This document shows, piece by piece, positions 8,497-17,217 of a DNA stretch of 47,500 bases. Position 1 is the stretch's first letter, and every line of letters starts with the position of its first letter. Source of the DNA: a virus (taxonomy: Duplodnaviria; Caudoviricetes); the IMG/VR virus record IMGVR_UViG_3300031670_000381, positions 1-47,500 of that record, one strand, 5' to 3'. Made by a program: the position numbers and the translations under genes. Under the pieces are notes generated by a model. It had not been told where the DNA came from. It saw only the letters and a list, made by a program, of their open reading frames with translations, and searched no databases.

Positions 8497-8586
8497 CGGC
8501 CCGGTGAATCGTCCCCGTTGCGGCAGAAATAATTCCTGCTGCGGTGTCTTCGGGCGCGGCGGTGCCCATCGTCGCAGACCTTCTCC

Positions 8587-10104
8587 TTAAGCAGCCTTGC
8601 GCCCGGATTTGGGTGCGGCTTTTTTTGGTACGCTTTTGGACTTCTTGAGCGTGACCGGTTCGGGTTTGACCGGCGTCACGCGATAGCGTTTCGCCGCGTC
8701 GTTCAGAGCCGTGGCCGGCTGCGCGTTCCACACGCCGACGACAGTGGTGTTGATAAGAGCCAGCGTGACCAGGAGCCGCGCGAGCTCGGGCTCTTTCATC
8801 GCGCCGAGCTGGCGCGTAATCGGCGTGTCGTATTGATAGCCGTCTTTCGCGAGGCCGAGATGCTTCAGCATCAGGCGCTTGGCGTCCTGGCACATCTCGT
8901 GGAGATAGCCGCGAATGACCAGGCGCAGATCATCGGGCGAGAGATGGTTCACTTTCTCGGCGACGGCTGCGAGAGTCTTGCGCCGCGCGACGGATTCGGC
9001 CGCCGCCTTTTTCTCTTTCAGGCGCTGCTCATCGCGGCGCTCGGGTTCCCCGCTGCCGCTGGAATAGCTGCGATGCTTCGCGCAATTCTTTGTGACGCAG
9101 ATATCGTAAACTTGGCCAATATCGTGCCCGTGGACGACGAGGCCTTTGACCATGTGGTCGCACTTATCGTCCGTGCTGGAAATCTTGCGATAGCTATAAG
9201 CCTCGTGAACGCTCTTCGGCAGATTCGAGCCATATTCCGTCGCGATCTCGACGACGGTCTCCTCACCCGCGAGCTCGCGTTTGCGGCGCTCGAGATGCGC
9301 GGCGAGCTTGGCCTGGAAGCATTCGCGATCAGTGCATTCAGGCTTCGCGCCGGCCGCGTCGTCCGTCACCATATTCGCGGTGTTCTTCGGACAGGCCGAA
9401 CACGCGCCGGCATCGGCGAGGAGGCCAGGATCGTCTTTCTTCCACGGCGCCGCGGAAAGGTCACATTGCAGCTCGCGCTTGATCCACGAGGCCAGTTCCC
9501 GGACCGAGATAATGATCTTTGCGGCCTTGCGGCCGCCGTCATCGTCCCAGTCTTCCCTTGCACACGTCTGCAAAGCTTCTTTCTGGTCGCGCGGCTGCAG
9601 ACGTGCGAGCAAAATCGCGTGTCCCGCCGTCAGCTCTCCGGACGCGAGCGCGCGCTTCACGGGAGTAATCAGCTCGCACAGCTTGAGGCGCTGATAGACG
9701 AAGCTCTGCGACTTGCCGATCTTCTTCGCGAGCGCCTCGACGTCATAGCCGCCTTCTTTCATCAGCGCCTGGTAGCCCTCGGCTTCTTCGAGCGGCTGCA
9801 CGTCCTCGCGCTGGAGATTGTCGATTACAATAATTTCGAGTGCGGTCTTGTCGTCGATATCGGCCAGGACGCGCGCGGGCACGGTCTCGAGGCCGAGCGC
9901 TTTGGCTGCGCGGAAACGGCGCGCGCCTCCGAGAATCTCGAAGCCGCCCGCGCCGGGCCGGACCAGCAGCGGAGTCAGGACTTTTCCGACCGCGGCGATA
10001 GAGGCTTTCAGATCGTCGAGTTTCAGAAAGGTCTTGCGCGGATTGAGCTTCGATTCGTGAAGCTTCGCAACATCTATATGGGTGAACTCTTCGGACGCGG
10101 GCAT
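8587..10104 (-). CDS. ParB/RepB/Spo0J family protein (copy 2, long form with Cys cluster)
   Basis: NPRKTF...FEILGGARRFRAA...IDNLQREDVQPLEEAEGY plus HTH; CSACPKNT...CTD..CF. Confidence 0.9.
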   Translation of the reverse strand: MPASEEFTHIDVAKLHESKLNPRKTFLKLDDLKASIAAVGKVLTPLLVRPGAGGFEILGGARRFRAAKALGLETVPARVLADIDDKTALEIIVIDNLQREDVQPLEEAEGYQALMKEGGYDVEALAKKIGKSQSFVYQRLKLCELITPVKRALASGELTAGHAILLARLQPRDQKEALQTCAREDWDDDGGRKAAKIIISVRELASWIKRELQCDLSAAPWKKDDPGLLADAGACSACPKNTANMVTDDAAGAKPECTDRECFQAKLAAHLERRKRELAGEETVVEIATEYGSNLPKSVHEAYSYRKISSTDDKCDHMVKGLVVHGHDIGQVYDICVTKNCAKHRSYSSGSGEPERRDEQRLKEKKAAAESVARRKTLAAVAEKVNHLSPDDLRLVIRGYLHEMCQDAKRLMLKHLGLAKDGYQYDTPITRQLGAMKEPELARLLVTLALINTTVVGVWNAQPATALNDAAKRYRVTPVKPEPVTLKKSKSVPKKAAPKSGRKAA

Positions 10105-10134
10105 CGAGATCCTCCTCGCTTCAGTTTTTTCCTG

Positions 10135-10557
10135 CTAAATTTCCTCGCGGTCGGCGCCGCGCGCTTTCAGTTGCGCCTGTTTGGCGAGTAGCCCGTTGCG
10201 CAGCCATTCCGCGTCGAACTCCAGCGCCTCGCACAATTTCTCGAACGAAAACGGCGCCGTGCCCCCGCGGGCGACGATCCATTTCTCGGCGCTTCTAGCC
10301 AGAGCTTTGCGCCGTCGCGGCAGCTCGCTGATGAACTCGCCGGCCACCGTCTCGCCGTTCGACACATAAGGACCGAGAAAGTCCTCGATTGAGGTTTCGA
10401 GAATCGCCATCATCAGCCTGATGGCTCCGGCCGCTTCCGGATCGGCAGGAAGGCTGGGGCGCCGCAGGTCGTAGTACTGCGATGTCGTGTAATCGTCAGC
10501 CTCGGATGGATCTGCGATCGCGCCGCGCTCAATCCTGCTCTCAACTCCGCCGCCCAT
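10135..10557 (-). CDS. conserved hypothetical protein
   Basis: RLMMAILE...AEKWI...PFSFEKLCEALEFDAEWLR motif; GGAGGG RBS. Confidence 0.7.
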   Translation of the reverse strand: MGGGVESRIERGAIADPSEADDYTTSQYYDLRRPSLPADPEAAGAIRLMMAILETSIEDFLGPYVSNGETVAGEFISELPRRRKALARSAEKWIVARGGTAPFSFEKLCEALEFDAEWLRNGLLAKQAQLKARGADREEI

Positions 10558-10589
10558 TTCCGCCCCTCCCCTCATCCTCGATTGCGAAT

Positions 10590-10868
10590 CTATTGTTGCA
10601 GCGCTTCCTTTCGGTCCTCGTGCGCGCCTTCGGCGTGGCCGAACGGAAGCGCGGGCTGATTATCGTCGGGACTTGGGACCAGCGCTTTGCGCAGATCGCG
10701 GAAGGCGGCGTCGTACTCGCCGCGCGCGGCCGCGTATTCCTGCTTGGCTTTTTTGAAGGAAGCCTTGGTGCGCGCGAGCCGGCGCCGATTTCGCGCGCAT
10801 CGTTCGAGCGCCGCAATCGCCTTGTCGCGCGCGAGCCAGCTATCGAATGGTTCATCGATCATCATCAT
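10590..10868 (-). CDS. hypothetical coiled-coil protein
   Basis: 92 aa, in operon with overlaps. Confidence 0.6.
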   Translation of the reverse strand: MMMIDEPFDSWLARDKAIAALERCARNRRRLARTKASFKKAKQEYAAARGEYDAAFRDLRKALVPSPDDNQPALPFGHAEGAHEDRKEALQQ

Positions 10869-11250
10869 GCCCTCCGCTGCCCGCCGCTTGCGCGAATCGC
10901 CGGAGCGAGTCGCGGTCGATTTCGTCGATAAAGCCGCGCCACGCGTTCGCCCTGGCGCGGCGGCTAACCTGCTTGATTCCGTCGAGCACGGTTGTGTGGT
11001 CCTGAAATCCGATGAGGAATGCGATCTCGCGAGCGCCCAGATGCAGCCGCGCGCGAATCAGGAACGCCGCGACGTACCGCGCCTCGGTCAGATACCAGGT
11101 GCGCCGCCGGCTGAGCATCACGGGGACATCCAGTCCAAGCGCCTCGGCGACGGACTCGACGATAGTGCGCACATGCACTAAGTCCGAGGTGCGCTTCGCC
11201 GAAGTGCCGAACAAGAGGGCGGGCCCCGTTGCTTTTTTTCGCGTCGCCAT
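10852..11250 (-). CDS. DnaA C-terminal (domain IV) HTH-like protein, copy 1
   Basis: VAEALGL...LSRRR...EARYVAAFL...EIA..IGFQDHTTVLDGIKQV. Confidence 0.8.
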   Translation of the reverse strand: MATRKKATGPALLFGTSAKRTSDLVHVRTIVESVAEALGLDVPVMLSRRRTWYLTEARYVAAFLIRARLHLGAREIAFLIGFQDHTTVLDGIKQVSRRARANAWRGFIDEIDRDSLRRFAQAAGSGGHDDDR

Positions 11251-11253
11251 CGC

Positions 11254-11418
11254 TCAGTCGGGATACTGCGTGGGCCGCGCCGGGCGTGGATTCACCCGTC
11301 GCATCTGCGCGGCACGCCGCCGTTTTTCTTCGCGGGTCCATCGCGCGATCGCCCAAATGCATAACGCCAGGTCGGCGCTGGACATGGCGGCTACAACTAT
11401 GAGAGGCACGAGTTTCAT
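11254..11418 (-). CDS. small membrane protein
   Basis: MKLVPLIVVAAM...LALCIWAIARW followed by a basic tail; GGAGG RBS. Confidence 0.55.
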   Translation of the reverse strand: MKLVPLIVVAAMSSADLALCIWAIARWTREEKRRRAAQMRRVNPRPARPTQYPD

Positions 11419-11431
11419 TGCGCGTCCTCCG

Positions 11432-11515
11432 TCAGAGCGGAAATCGATCGGCGAGCCGCCCAAGGATCGCCAGCACGATTCCGCAAACTGCAACCGTCAA
11501 AAGCAGTGCATCCAT
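11432..11515 (-). CDS. 27-aa hydrophobic peptide (not in the ORF track)
   Basis: MDALLLTVAVCGIVLAILGRLADRFPL; GGGAG RBS; fills the gap between neighbours. Confidence 0.45.
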   Translation of the reverse strand: MDALLLTVAVCGIVLAILGRLADRFPL

Positions 11516-11517
11516 CA

Positions 11518-11760
11518 CTACGCTCCCTTCGCGTGCGTCGGGCAGTAATCCCGGTCGCGGTCCGGTTGCGGCACGCGATGCGATCCGCACAGGCGCATGT
11601 CGCAGGTCGCGTCGGCACGTATGCCGCCGAGCGGATAGTCACAAAGTGCCGTGTGGTTATTCACGCATCCGGGCACCTGGCATCGCGCGGCGCGTCCCCC
11701 GCGACGGCAGGCGATCATCACGACGCCGCCGTCTTCGCGGCGAATTACTTCATAGCCCAT
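11518..11760 (-). CDS. Cys-rich hypothetical protein
   Basis: CQVPGC..LCDYP..TCDMRLC..H..DYCPTH; GGAGG RBS. Confidence 0.65.
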   Translation of the reverse strand: MGYEVIRREDGGVVMIACRRGGRAARCQVPGCVNNHTALCDYPLGGIRADATCDMRLCGSHRVPQPDRDRDYCPTHAKGA

Positions 11761-12083
11761 CACGCGACCTCCTCGAATCGATGCGTGATGGAGAAAAGAA
11801 GTGCGTACCGGGCGTCCTTGCTGGAGGGAATCGGCGTGCATTCAAGACCGAAAGATTTGTGTTGGAGCGTGCAGGCCGCGCAGAGTCCCTCCGTTTCGAT
11901 TGAGTCGCGCTGGCCCTTCGGACCAACAAGCCAGCTCGCCCAAGAGAGATCTGTCCAGCCCCCCTGCGCGCACAGGGGCAGGAAATCGATCGCCGCGTCG
12001 ATCCCGTGCGAAGCGCGCACCGTGCTGCTGTATTCGCGATCGCAATCGCGGCAGGTAATTCTGACTTTGATTGTAAACATCAT
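11760..12083 (-). CDS. Cys-rich hypothetical protein
   Basis: CRDC...CAAC; TAATG coupling with gam. Confidence 0.6.
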   Translation of the reverse strand: MMFTIKVRITCRDCDREYSSTVRASHGIDAAIDFLPLCAQGGWTDLSWASWLVGPKGQRDSIETEGLCAACTLQHKSFGLECTPIPSSKDARYALLFSITHRFEEVA

Positions 12084-12601
12084 TACGCGACCTCCTGAGA
12101 AAGTTTGGCGTCAAAGGGAGATATTGAAAAATCTTCGCCGCCGGATTTGATCGTTATGCCGGGGACTTTCTCGGCTTCGGCGATATCCTCGAGCATCGCT
12201 TCTTTGTTGAGCTCGGGTTTTTCGCGCAGGAACTTGGCCGGACCATGCTGACGCAGCCAATCGATCACGCGCTCGGCTTTGCCGCGCACCTTCACGCTTT
12301 TCGGCTTGGCGCGCCACGAAATATCGCCGCTCGGAAAGCGATACGTCTTAAGCTCTTTCGGGCAGAGCCTCTTCCGATTAGCCTCGCAGTAGAGGCGCAC
12401 GGCTTCGGTCGCTTCTTCGATTCGCGCGGCGATTGGCGCGGCTTTCGCCTCGTACTCAACCTTGATTTTCGCGATATCCTCGCTGAGCGCGGTCTGGATC
12501 ATCACGATCTCGCGGCTCTCCGCGCCGATCGCGGCAATCAGAAGATCCGCTTCCTTGTCGCTGGTGGCCGGCCGCACCGCCGGCGTGTTCTTTTTACTCA
12601 T
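12083..12601 (-). CDS. gam: host-nuclease inhibitor Gam family protein
   Basis: YCEANRKRL...KTYRFPSGDISWR..P.SV...FLREKPELNKEAML...VPGITI...EDFSISPF. Confidence 0.9.
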   Translation of the reverse strand: MSKKNTPAVRPATSDKEADLLIAAIGAESREIVMIQTALSEDIAKIKVEYEAKAAPIAARIEEATEAVRLYCEANRKRLCPKELKTYRFPSGDISWRAKPKSVKVRGKAERVIDWLRQHGPAKFLREKPELNKEAMLEDIAEAEKVPGITIKSGGEDFSISPFDAKLSQEVA

Positions 12602-12777
12602 CAGCGATCTCCGGTTCCGTTGAGATATGGATCGGCACCGCGCAAACGCAGATCGGCGAAACGCCAGAAGGTCATCTCGCGCGGAATATCTCCCGCTCCG
12701 CGCGCGAGTATGAACTGCAGCCCGAGGCCGCGGACGTAAGGATCCTCGAACAGCCAGGAGAGGAAATTGCCGGTCAT
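12601..12777 (-). CDS. hypothetical protein
   Basis: 58 aa, fills the operon gap; TGATG coupling. Confidence 0.55.
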   Translation of the reverse strand: MTGNFLSWLFEDPYVRGLGLQFILARGAGDIPREMTFWRFADLRLRGADPYLNGTGDR

Positions 12778-12779
12778 GT

Positions 12780-13121
12780 TCACGCCGCTTTCTCCATCGC
12801 CAGCACCGGCACCGGCATCAGGCGCGTGAGCTGCGCGACGATACTGCTGACGTGGCGCGCAACTTCGCGGTCGCGGCCCGCGATCAGCTTCTTCACGAGC
12901 TCGACATGGTAATTGCAGGTCGAATGGTCCCGGCGGAAAAAATCGCCGAGCTGATGCAGCGACGCCCCCGTGCGTTGCCGGCAAAAATAGACTGCGTACA
13001 TCCGCGCGGTTTCGACGTGCGGATTGGTTCGGCGTCTGTTGTGCAGCTCGCGGATAGTGACGTGGAAAAAATCCGCAACGATCGCTGTGGTCTCCCGCAT
13101 CTCGACTCGCAGATGGCTCAC
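12780..13121 (-). CDS. DnaA C-terminal (domain IV) HTH-like protein, copy 2
   Basis: IVADFFHVTIREL..RRR...ARMYAVYFCR...ASLHQLGDFFRRDHSTC; GTGA-coupled start. Confidence 0.8.
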   Translation of the reverse strand: MSHLRVEMRETTAIVADFFHVTIRELHNRRRTNPHVETARMYAVYFCRQRTGASLHQLGDFFRRDHSTCNYHVELVKKLIAGRDREVARHVSSIVAQLTRLMPVPVLAMEKAA

Positions 13122-13462
13122 AAGCGTTCCTCCCTGGTGAGTCGGCTGTTGGGGCATCCGGAGCGGCAGGCTTTGAACAGCCGGACGCGGATTTCGCTGG
13201 TCGCCGCGAACGGGCGGCGCTGATGTTCGATGCATCGGTTGGCCGCCAGTTCGCCCAGCTCGGGGCAGTCGACGGTGCGGCCCATAAACGCACCTTCAAC
13301 CGCCTTTTGGACCGCGGTTAAGTCGCCGTTGTAACTGCCGACCAGGACGGCGCTGACGACGCTTTCCGAGTAGCCGATCTTGTCGGCGGTTCGCGCGCGG
13401 CCGGAGCGATCGGCTTCGCGCTTCAACACCTTCATCCATTCGCCGCCGATGCCCGCGTTCAT
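13118..13462 (-). CDS. transposable-phage HTH protein
   Basis: TADKIGYSESVVSAVL.GSYNGD...VDCPELG...C...Q.RPF...LFKACRSGCPNS, typical downstream of MuB in B3-like phages. Confidence 0.8.
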   Translation of the reverse strand: MNAGIGGEWMKVLKREADRSGRARTADKIGYSESVVSAVLVGSYNGDLTAVQKAVEGAFMGRTVDCPELGELAANRCIEHQRRPFAATSEIRVRLFKACRSGCPNSRLTREERL

Positions 13463-13767
13463 CGCCGTGCTCCCGCGAGGTTCGGATCGTAAATCGAGTG
13501 GTCGTGTCCGACCCGAGGCGGATTTGGTCCGGTATTGCGGGCGAGCATGTAGACGCCGGGAGCGCCCGGCTTCTTCGTGCGCGTGACCCGCAGATATCCG
13601 TTGCGCGCGAGGCCGCTAACATAGGAGGTCGCATTTTTCTTGGTCGCGTCGGACGTGGCGACCAGTTGTGGAATCGTGAAGCTGCGTAGAATCCGCATCG
13701 AGCGCCAGATGCGAAACCGCGCGGTGCCGAGCGTGACCTTCTTAATATGAGATCCGAGTCGCGGCAT
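13459..13767 (-). CDS. winged-helix protein of transposable phages
   Basis: IWRSMRILRSFT...YV.GLAR.GYL...Y.LARNTGP.PP. Confidence 0.8.
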   Translation of the reverse strand: MPRLGSHIKKVTLGTARFRIWRSMRILRSFTIPQLVATSDATKKNATSYVSGLARNGYLRVTRTKKPGAPGVYMLARNTGPNPPRVGHDHSIYDPNLAGARR

Positions 13768-13776
13768 CGTCGTTCC

Positions 13777-14502
13777 TCACGCCGCCGCGCGGCGCCCGCG
13801 AACGGGAAATGGAGCACTGACGCTCGCGACGTCGGCCTTGTGGACTTTTTTAAGACCATGCTTGCGCGCCAGGCGCTCGATCATTTCGAGTCCGACTTCG
13901 AGCGAGCGCATCGTGCCGCCGTGGGTTTCATGCAGCCACTCGACGGCATCATCGGAAAGATCGATTTCGCCGCAGGTGGCGACGTATTCCTTTACGTCGG
14001 ACAGATCGGGCGGCAGGAACTCGACTTTCTGGCCGACGCGTCCCTTGAGTTGCGGCCATCTGTCGAGGTTCTTCAGGAAATCCGCCATCCCGATCAGAAT
14101 CAGCGGCTCGGTCGAGAGGTCGTGCAGGTCGCGCAGGATATCGACCAGCTCCGGGCGTTTGAGCAGGTAGTCGGCTTCGTCAACGAACAGCGAACGGCCG
14201 GTCGTTGCGAGGCCTTCGACAATCTGATGCACCATGTGGGCGCATTTGCGATTTGGCGCGATGCCGAGGTTGAACAGGATCGACTCGAGCATCGTTAGCG
14301 GCGTCCAGACGCGAATCGCACGGACGTGTACCGCGTTGACGTTCACGCGGTTCGCGAGCCATGCGACAGCGGTGGTCTTGCCCGCGCCGCTGACTCCCGA
14401 AATGATTCCGGCTCCGGGCGCACCCGGAGCGCGCGTGATTAACGCCTCGGTCGCGGCGGCGAGCTTCTTGATATTGTTGGTCTGGGCCGTAAGTGCGAGC
14501 AT
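13777..14502 (-). CDS. MuB-like transposition AAA+ ATPase
   Basis: Walker A GVSGAGKT, Walker B LFVDEAD, LRDLHD, LILIGM; directly downstream of the transposase. Confidence 0.92.
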   Translation of the reverse strand: MLALTAQTNNIKKLAAATEALITRAPGAPGAGIISGVSGAGKTTAVAWLANRVNVNAVHVRAIRVWTPLTMLESILFNLGIAPNRKCAHMVHQIVEGLATTGRSLFVDEADYLLKRPELVDILRDLHDLSTEPLILIGMADFLKNLDRWPQLKGRVGQKVEFLPPDLSDVKEYVATCGEIDLSDDAVEWLHETHGGTMRSLEVGLEMIERLARKHGLKKVHKADVASVSAPFPVRGRRAAA

Positions 14503-14534
14503 CTCGATCGTTCCTCCCTCGGGCGAGTACCAGT

Positions 14535-16754
14535 TCAGGCGCGCGCGGCTTTCATTCCGCGTTCGCGGCGAAATTCCATGTCCACCATCCGGCGTCCCCG
14601 GTAATCCGGGTCGGCTTCCATCCGTGCCATGAACTCGCGGTCCTGCGCGGTCCATCGCGTGCGCGGGGTCTGTTCGAGATTCATCGCGCGCGCGAAGAGT
14701 TCTTCGTCGGTGGGCAGCGTCCGTGCGCCCGCGGCGTTGTCGATCCGGCGCAGCACTTCCGCGCCGCGCGCGATCTCTTCGGGGTCGTGCGACGCGGCGG
14801 CAGCCGGCGCGAGCGCGTCGGCGGCGGCGCGCAACTCGGGAGTGTCGTGCAGCTCGATTTGACCCGGCAGTGCGATAGCCTCTCCGTTCCTTCCGGCGAT
14901 CTCGACGATCGCGTCGGCGACGCGTTCGGTGGTGAACTTCTTCCGCAGCCGTGAGGTTTCCAGATTGCGTTCGCGGACGAATTTGCGTTGCGAGGTGCGC
15001 GCGATAATCGCGATCTCGCGGCGTCTGAGCCCGTGCCGCGCGACATTGAGCGCAATACAGATGAACTCGGGTTTTTGGCCGGTCGAAAAACAGTGCATCT
15101 CGCCCATGTCTTCCGAGGCGCAAAGCCGGACCTTATTGCCGATGAAAGGAATCAGCCCATCGTGCCAGAAGCGGGCGTTGGCATATTGGATTCCGACGTC
15201 GCGGCGAACCATAACCTCCCCGCAATCCGCCAAGAGAACATCCAACGCCCGCTCATCTGGCACCCGGCGCGGCGCGCCGCCGGCCTCCAGCCACCCGTTC
15301 CACTTTCCAACAGGAGAACCGCCGTCGAGTCCGCGATGCCCGCGCTTTGCGTAAACACCGTCGATCCACGCATCGAGCTTGCGCGAAAGATCATCCGGCG
15401 TGAGCGCGACCTGCAAAACTTTCTCGCGCCCCTTGCCGAGGCGCGCGGCGAATGACTTGCGCGATTCGATTCCGCGGCGCTCGCCGACGTTCGCGCCGAT
15501 AAAGCCGCCGTGCCACGGCGCGAAGCCGTGCATGATTGTCCCGACGAATCGCTCGATGTGTGGCTTCTTGTCGCCGGAAAACGGCGGGACGACGATCGAC
15601 GCGATATCCAGATGATGCAATCCGGTCTGGAACCGGCGCGACTCGTACTCTTTTCCGTGGTCGTGCTTGATCGCGGCGGGGACGCCGAACTTAAGGATGA
15701 ACTTGCGGACCGTGAGCAGAGCCGCTTCCGCATTCGCCGTCTTCGAGATGACAGCGACCGATAGTCGGGTGAAGACGTCGATCGCGACGGTCATGTAATA
15801 GCGGCGTCCGTCGAGGCATAAGATGTCCACCGGCGAGCCGTCGATCTCGACGAGCTGGAGCGGTTCGGTAATCGCCGCCGACGCGTCGCCGAGGGAGACC
15901 CGGTAGCGCGACTTCCAGGCGTCGGGATTCGCAATGCGCAGAAACTCGGAGGGGTTAAGCGCCTTCCATTTTTGAATCCATCGCGTGACAGCGCCATACG
16001 AGGGAATGCGGATATCCGTCTTGTGAAATTCCGCGCTCGCGCCTTCGAGAATCTGCGCGACGCTGAACAGCGGATTCTTTTCGATCAGCCTGAGGATAAA
16101 TCCGCGCAGATCCGGCTGCGTGTCGATGAGTCCGCTACCGGTGCGATTTCCGTAATGGTCGGCCAGCTTGTCGATTCCGGCTGAACCGTTCCGGCGCCAT
16201 CGCTTGAGCGAAGGAACCGTGAGCTTCGAATAGTCGGCGCGCGTTTCCGCGCTGACTTCGATTTGATGCTGATTGTAGAGCTCGACGAATTTCGGCGCCG
16301 CGTTCTCGATTCCGAGATTGGTAGCCGCCATGAACTGGCGCAGGCGATTTAAGATTTCAGCCTTGGCTTCGGCGGCACCGCGTTGCCAGTTCGGCAGCGC
16401 GAGAAACGTGGAAGAGGAATTGCCGGCCGCGGCTTGGGCGTGGGAAGGAAGGGGGGACGAACCTTCGCACGAACCAATGGGATTGCCATCTCCCGCCGCA
16501 GCCGGCAAAGCTGAAATCGCGCCGCCGCAGAATGCGGACAGCTCGGTTTGAATTTCATTCGAGAAGTTCGTGATGTCGTACTCGCGGCCGCCGCCGCGTC
16601 CCGTCCGCGAGCGGCATTCCCATCGCTCGCGGTTCCCTTTCTTGTTGATGCCTCGAATCGTTCCCGGAATAATTTCGCTCAGCTTGCCGCCTATTTTTGC
16701 GCGTGCTTCGAGCAGCTCGGCGGCGCTGAAAAATTCCTTGCTTCGTTCCCCCAC
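14535..16754 (-). CDS. MuA-like DDE transposase
   Basis: N-terminal Mu DNA-binding domain (RGGGREY); catalytic EIDG, HDHGKEY, KPHIER with DD(35)E spacing; Mu-type C-terminal domain. Confidence 0.95.
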   Translation of the reverse strand: MGERSKEFFSAAELLEARAKIGGKLSEIIPGTIRGINKKGNRERWECRSRTGRGGGREYDITNFSNEIQTELSAFCGGAISALPAAAGDGNPIGSCEGSSPLPSHAQAAAGNSSSTFLALPNWQRGAAEAKAEILNRLRQFMAATNLGIENAAPKFVELYNQHQIEVSAETRADYSKLTVPSLKRWRRNGSAGIDKLADHYGNRTGSGLIDTQPDLRGFILRLIEKNPLFSVAQILEGASAEFHKTDIRIPSYGAVTRWIQKWKALNPSEFLRIANPDAWKSRYRVSLGDASAAITEPLQLVEIDGSPVDILCLDGRRYYMTVAIDVFTRLSVAVISKTANAEAALLTVRKFILKFGVPAAIKHDHGKEYESRRFQTGLHHLDIASIVVPPFSGDKKPHIERFVGTIMHGFAPWHGGFIGANVGERRGIESRKSFAARLGKGREKVLQVALTPDDLSRKLDAWIDGVYAKRGHRGLDGGSPVGKWNGWLEAGGAPRRVPDERALDVLLADCGEVMVRRDVGIQYANARFWHDGLIPFIGNKVRLCASEDMGEMHCFSTGQKPEFICIALNVARHGLRRREIAIIARTSQRKFVRERNLETSRLRKKFTTERVADAIVEIAGRNGEAIALPGQIELHDTPELRAAADALAPAAAASHDPEEIARGAEVLRRIDNAAGARTLPTDEELFARAMNLEQTPRTRWTAQDREFMARMEADPDYRGRRMVDMEFRRERGMKAARA

Positions 16755-16818
16755 GAATTTCCCCTCGTCAGTTGAGATGCGCTTGGCGAGCGCATCGTTC
16801 GTTGTTCATCGAGTGGCC

Positions 16819-17193
16819 TCAGCTCTGGCGGCTTCTGCGCTCGGTCTCTTCCAGCCGTTCGCGCGAGACCATTCCAAGCACCCGTTCGGCAGACGATTTC
16901 TCGCTACCGGAAAACGGAGGCGCTGCGACCAATCCGATTCCCAACTCGGACAATCCATCCCGGAAAATTGGATCGGCATATTCCTTTGCGTGGTCGTGCC
17001 GGAGGGCGATCGGCTTGCCGTAGTCTGCGACGAAACGACGGATGGCGCGCAGAGAACTCTCTGCTGATGGACGCTCAGAGATGAGGGAGACAACGCGACG
17101 CGTCGCGACGCCCATGACTACGGTCAGAAATCTTTCGCCGTGATCGATAAACCCGCCGTCGATTTCAATTATCGGGTCTTTGGTCAGGAACAT
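16819..17193 (-). CDS. stand-alone transposase catalytic-core paralogue (124 aa)
   Basis: EIDG...HDHAKEY...PPFSG.EK..AER colinear with the core of the adjacent transposase; own GGGAG RBS and stop. Confidence 0.8.
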   Translation of the reverse strand: MFLTKDPIIEIDGGFIDHGERFLTVVMGVATRRVVSLISERPSAESSLRAIRRFVADYGKPIALRHDHAKEYADPIFRDGLSELGIGLVAAPPFSGSEKSSAERVLGMVSRERLEETERRSRQS

Positions 17194-17217
17194 TCGGGTC
17201 TGCGCTCCCTTTCGTGC

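Noticed and set aside
8833-10191. 452-aa + strand ORF, and similar long antisense ORFs at 6215-7096, 24235-25491 and 36021-37397
   Set aside because: Antisense shadows of well-supported genes in GC-rich DNA, with no motifs
14503-15123. Long N-terminal extension of MuB (448-aa ORF) or a MuA-MuB frameshift fusion
   Set aside because: The extension is an Arg-rich alternative frame of the transposase 3' end; MuB has its own GGAGG and ATG at 14502; no slippery site noticed
16819-17193. Mini-transposase as an independent IS remnant
   Set aside because: No terminal inverted repeats or target duplication seen; it resembles the phage's own transposase and sits cleanly in the operon
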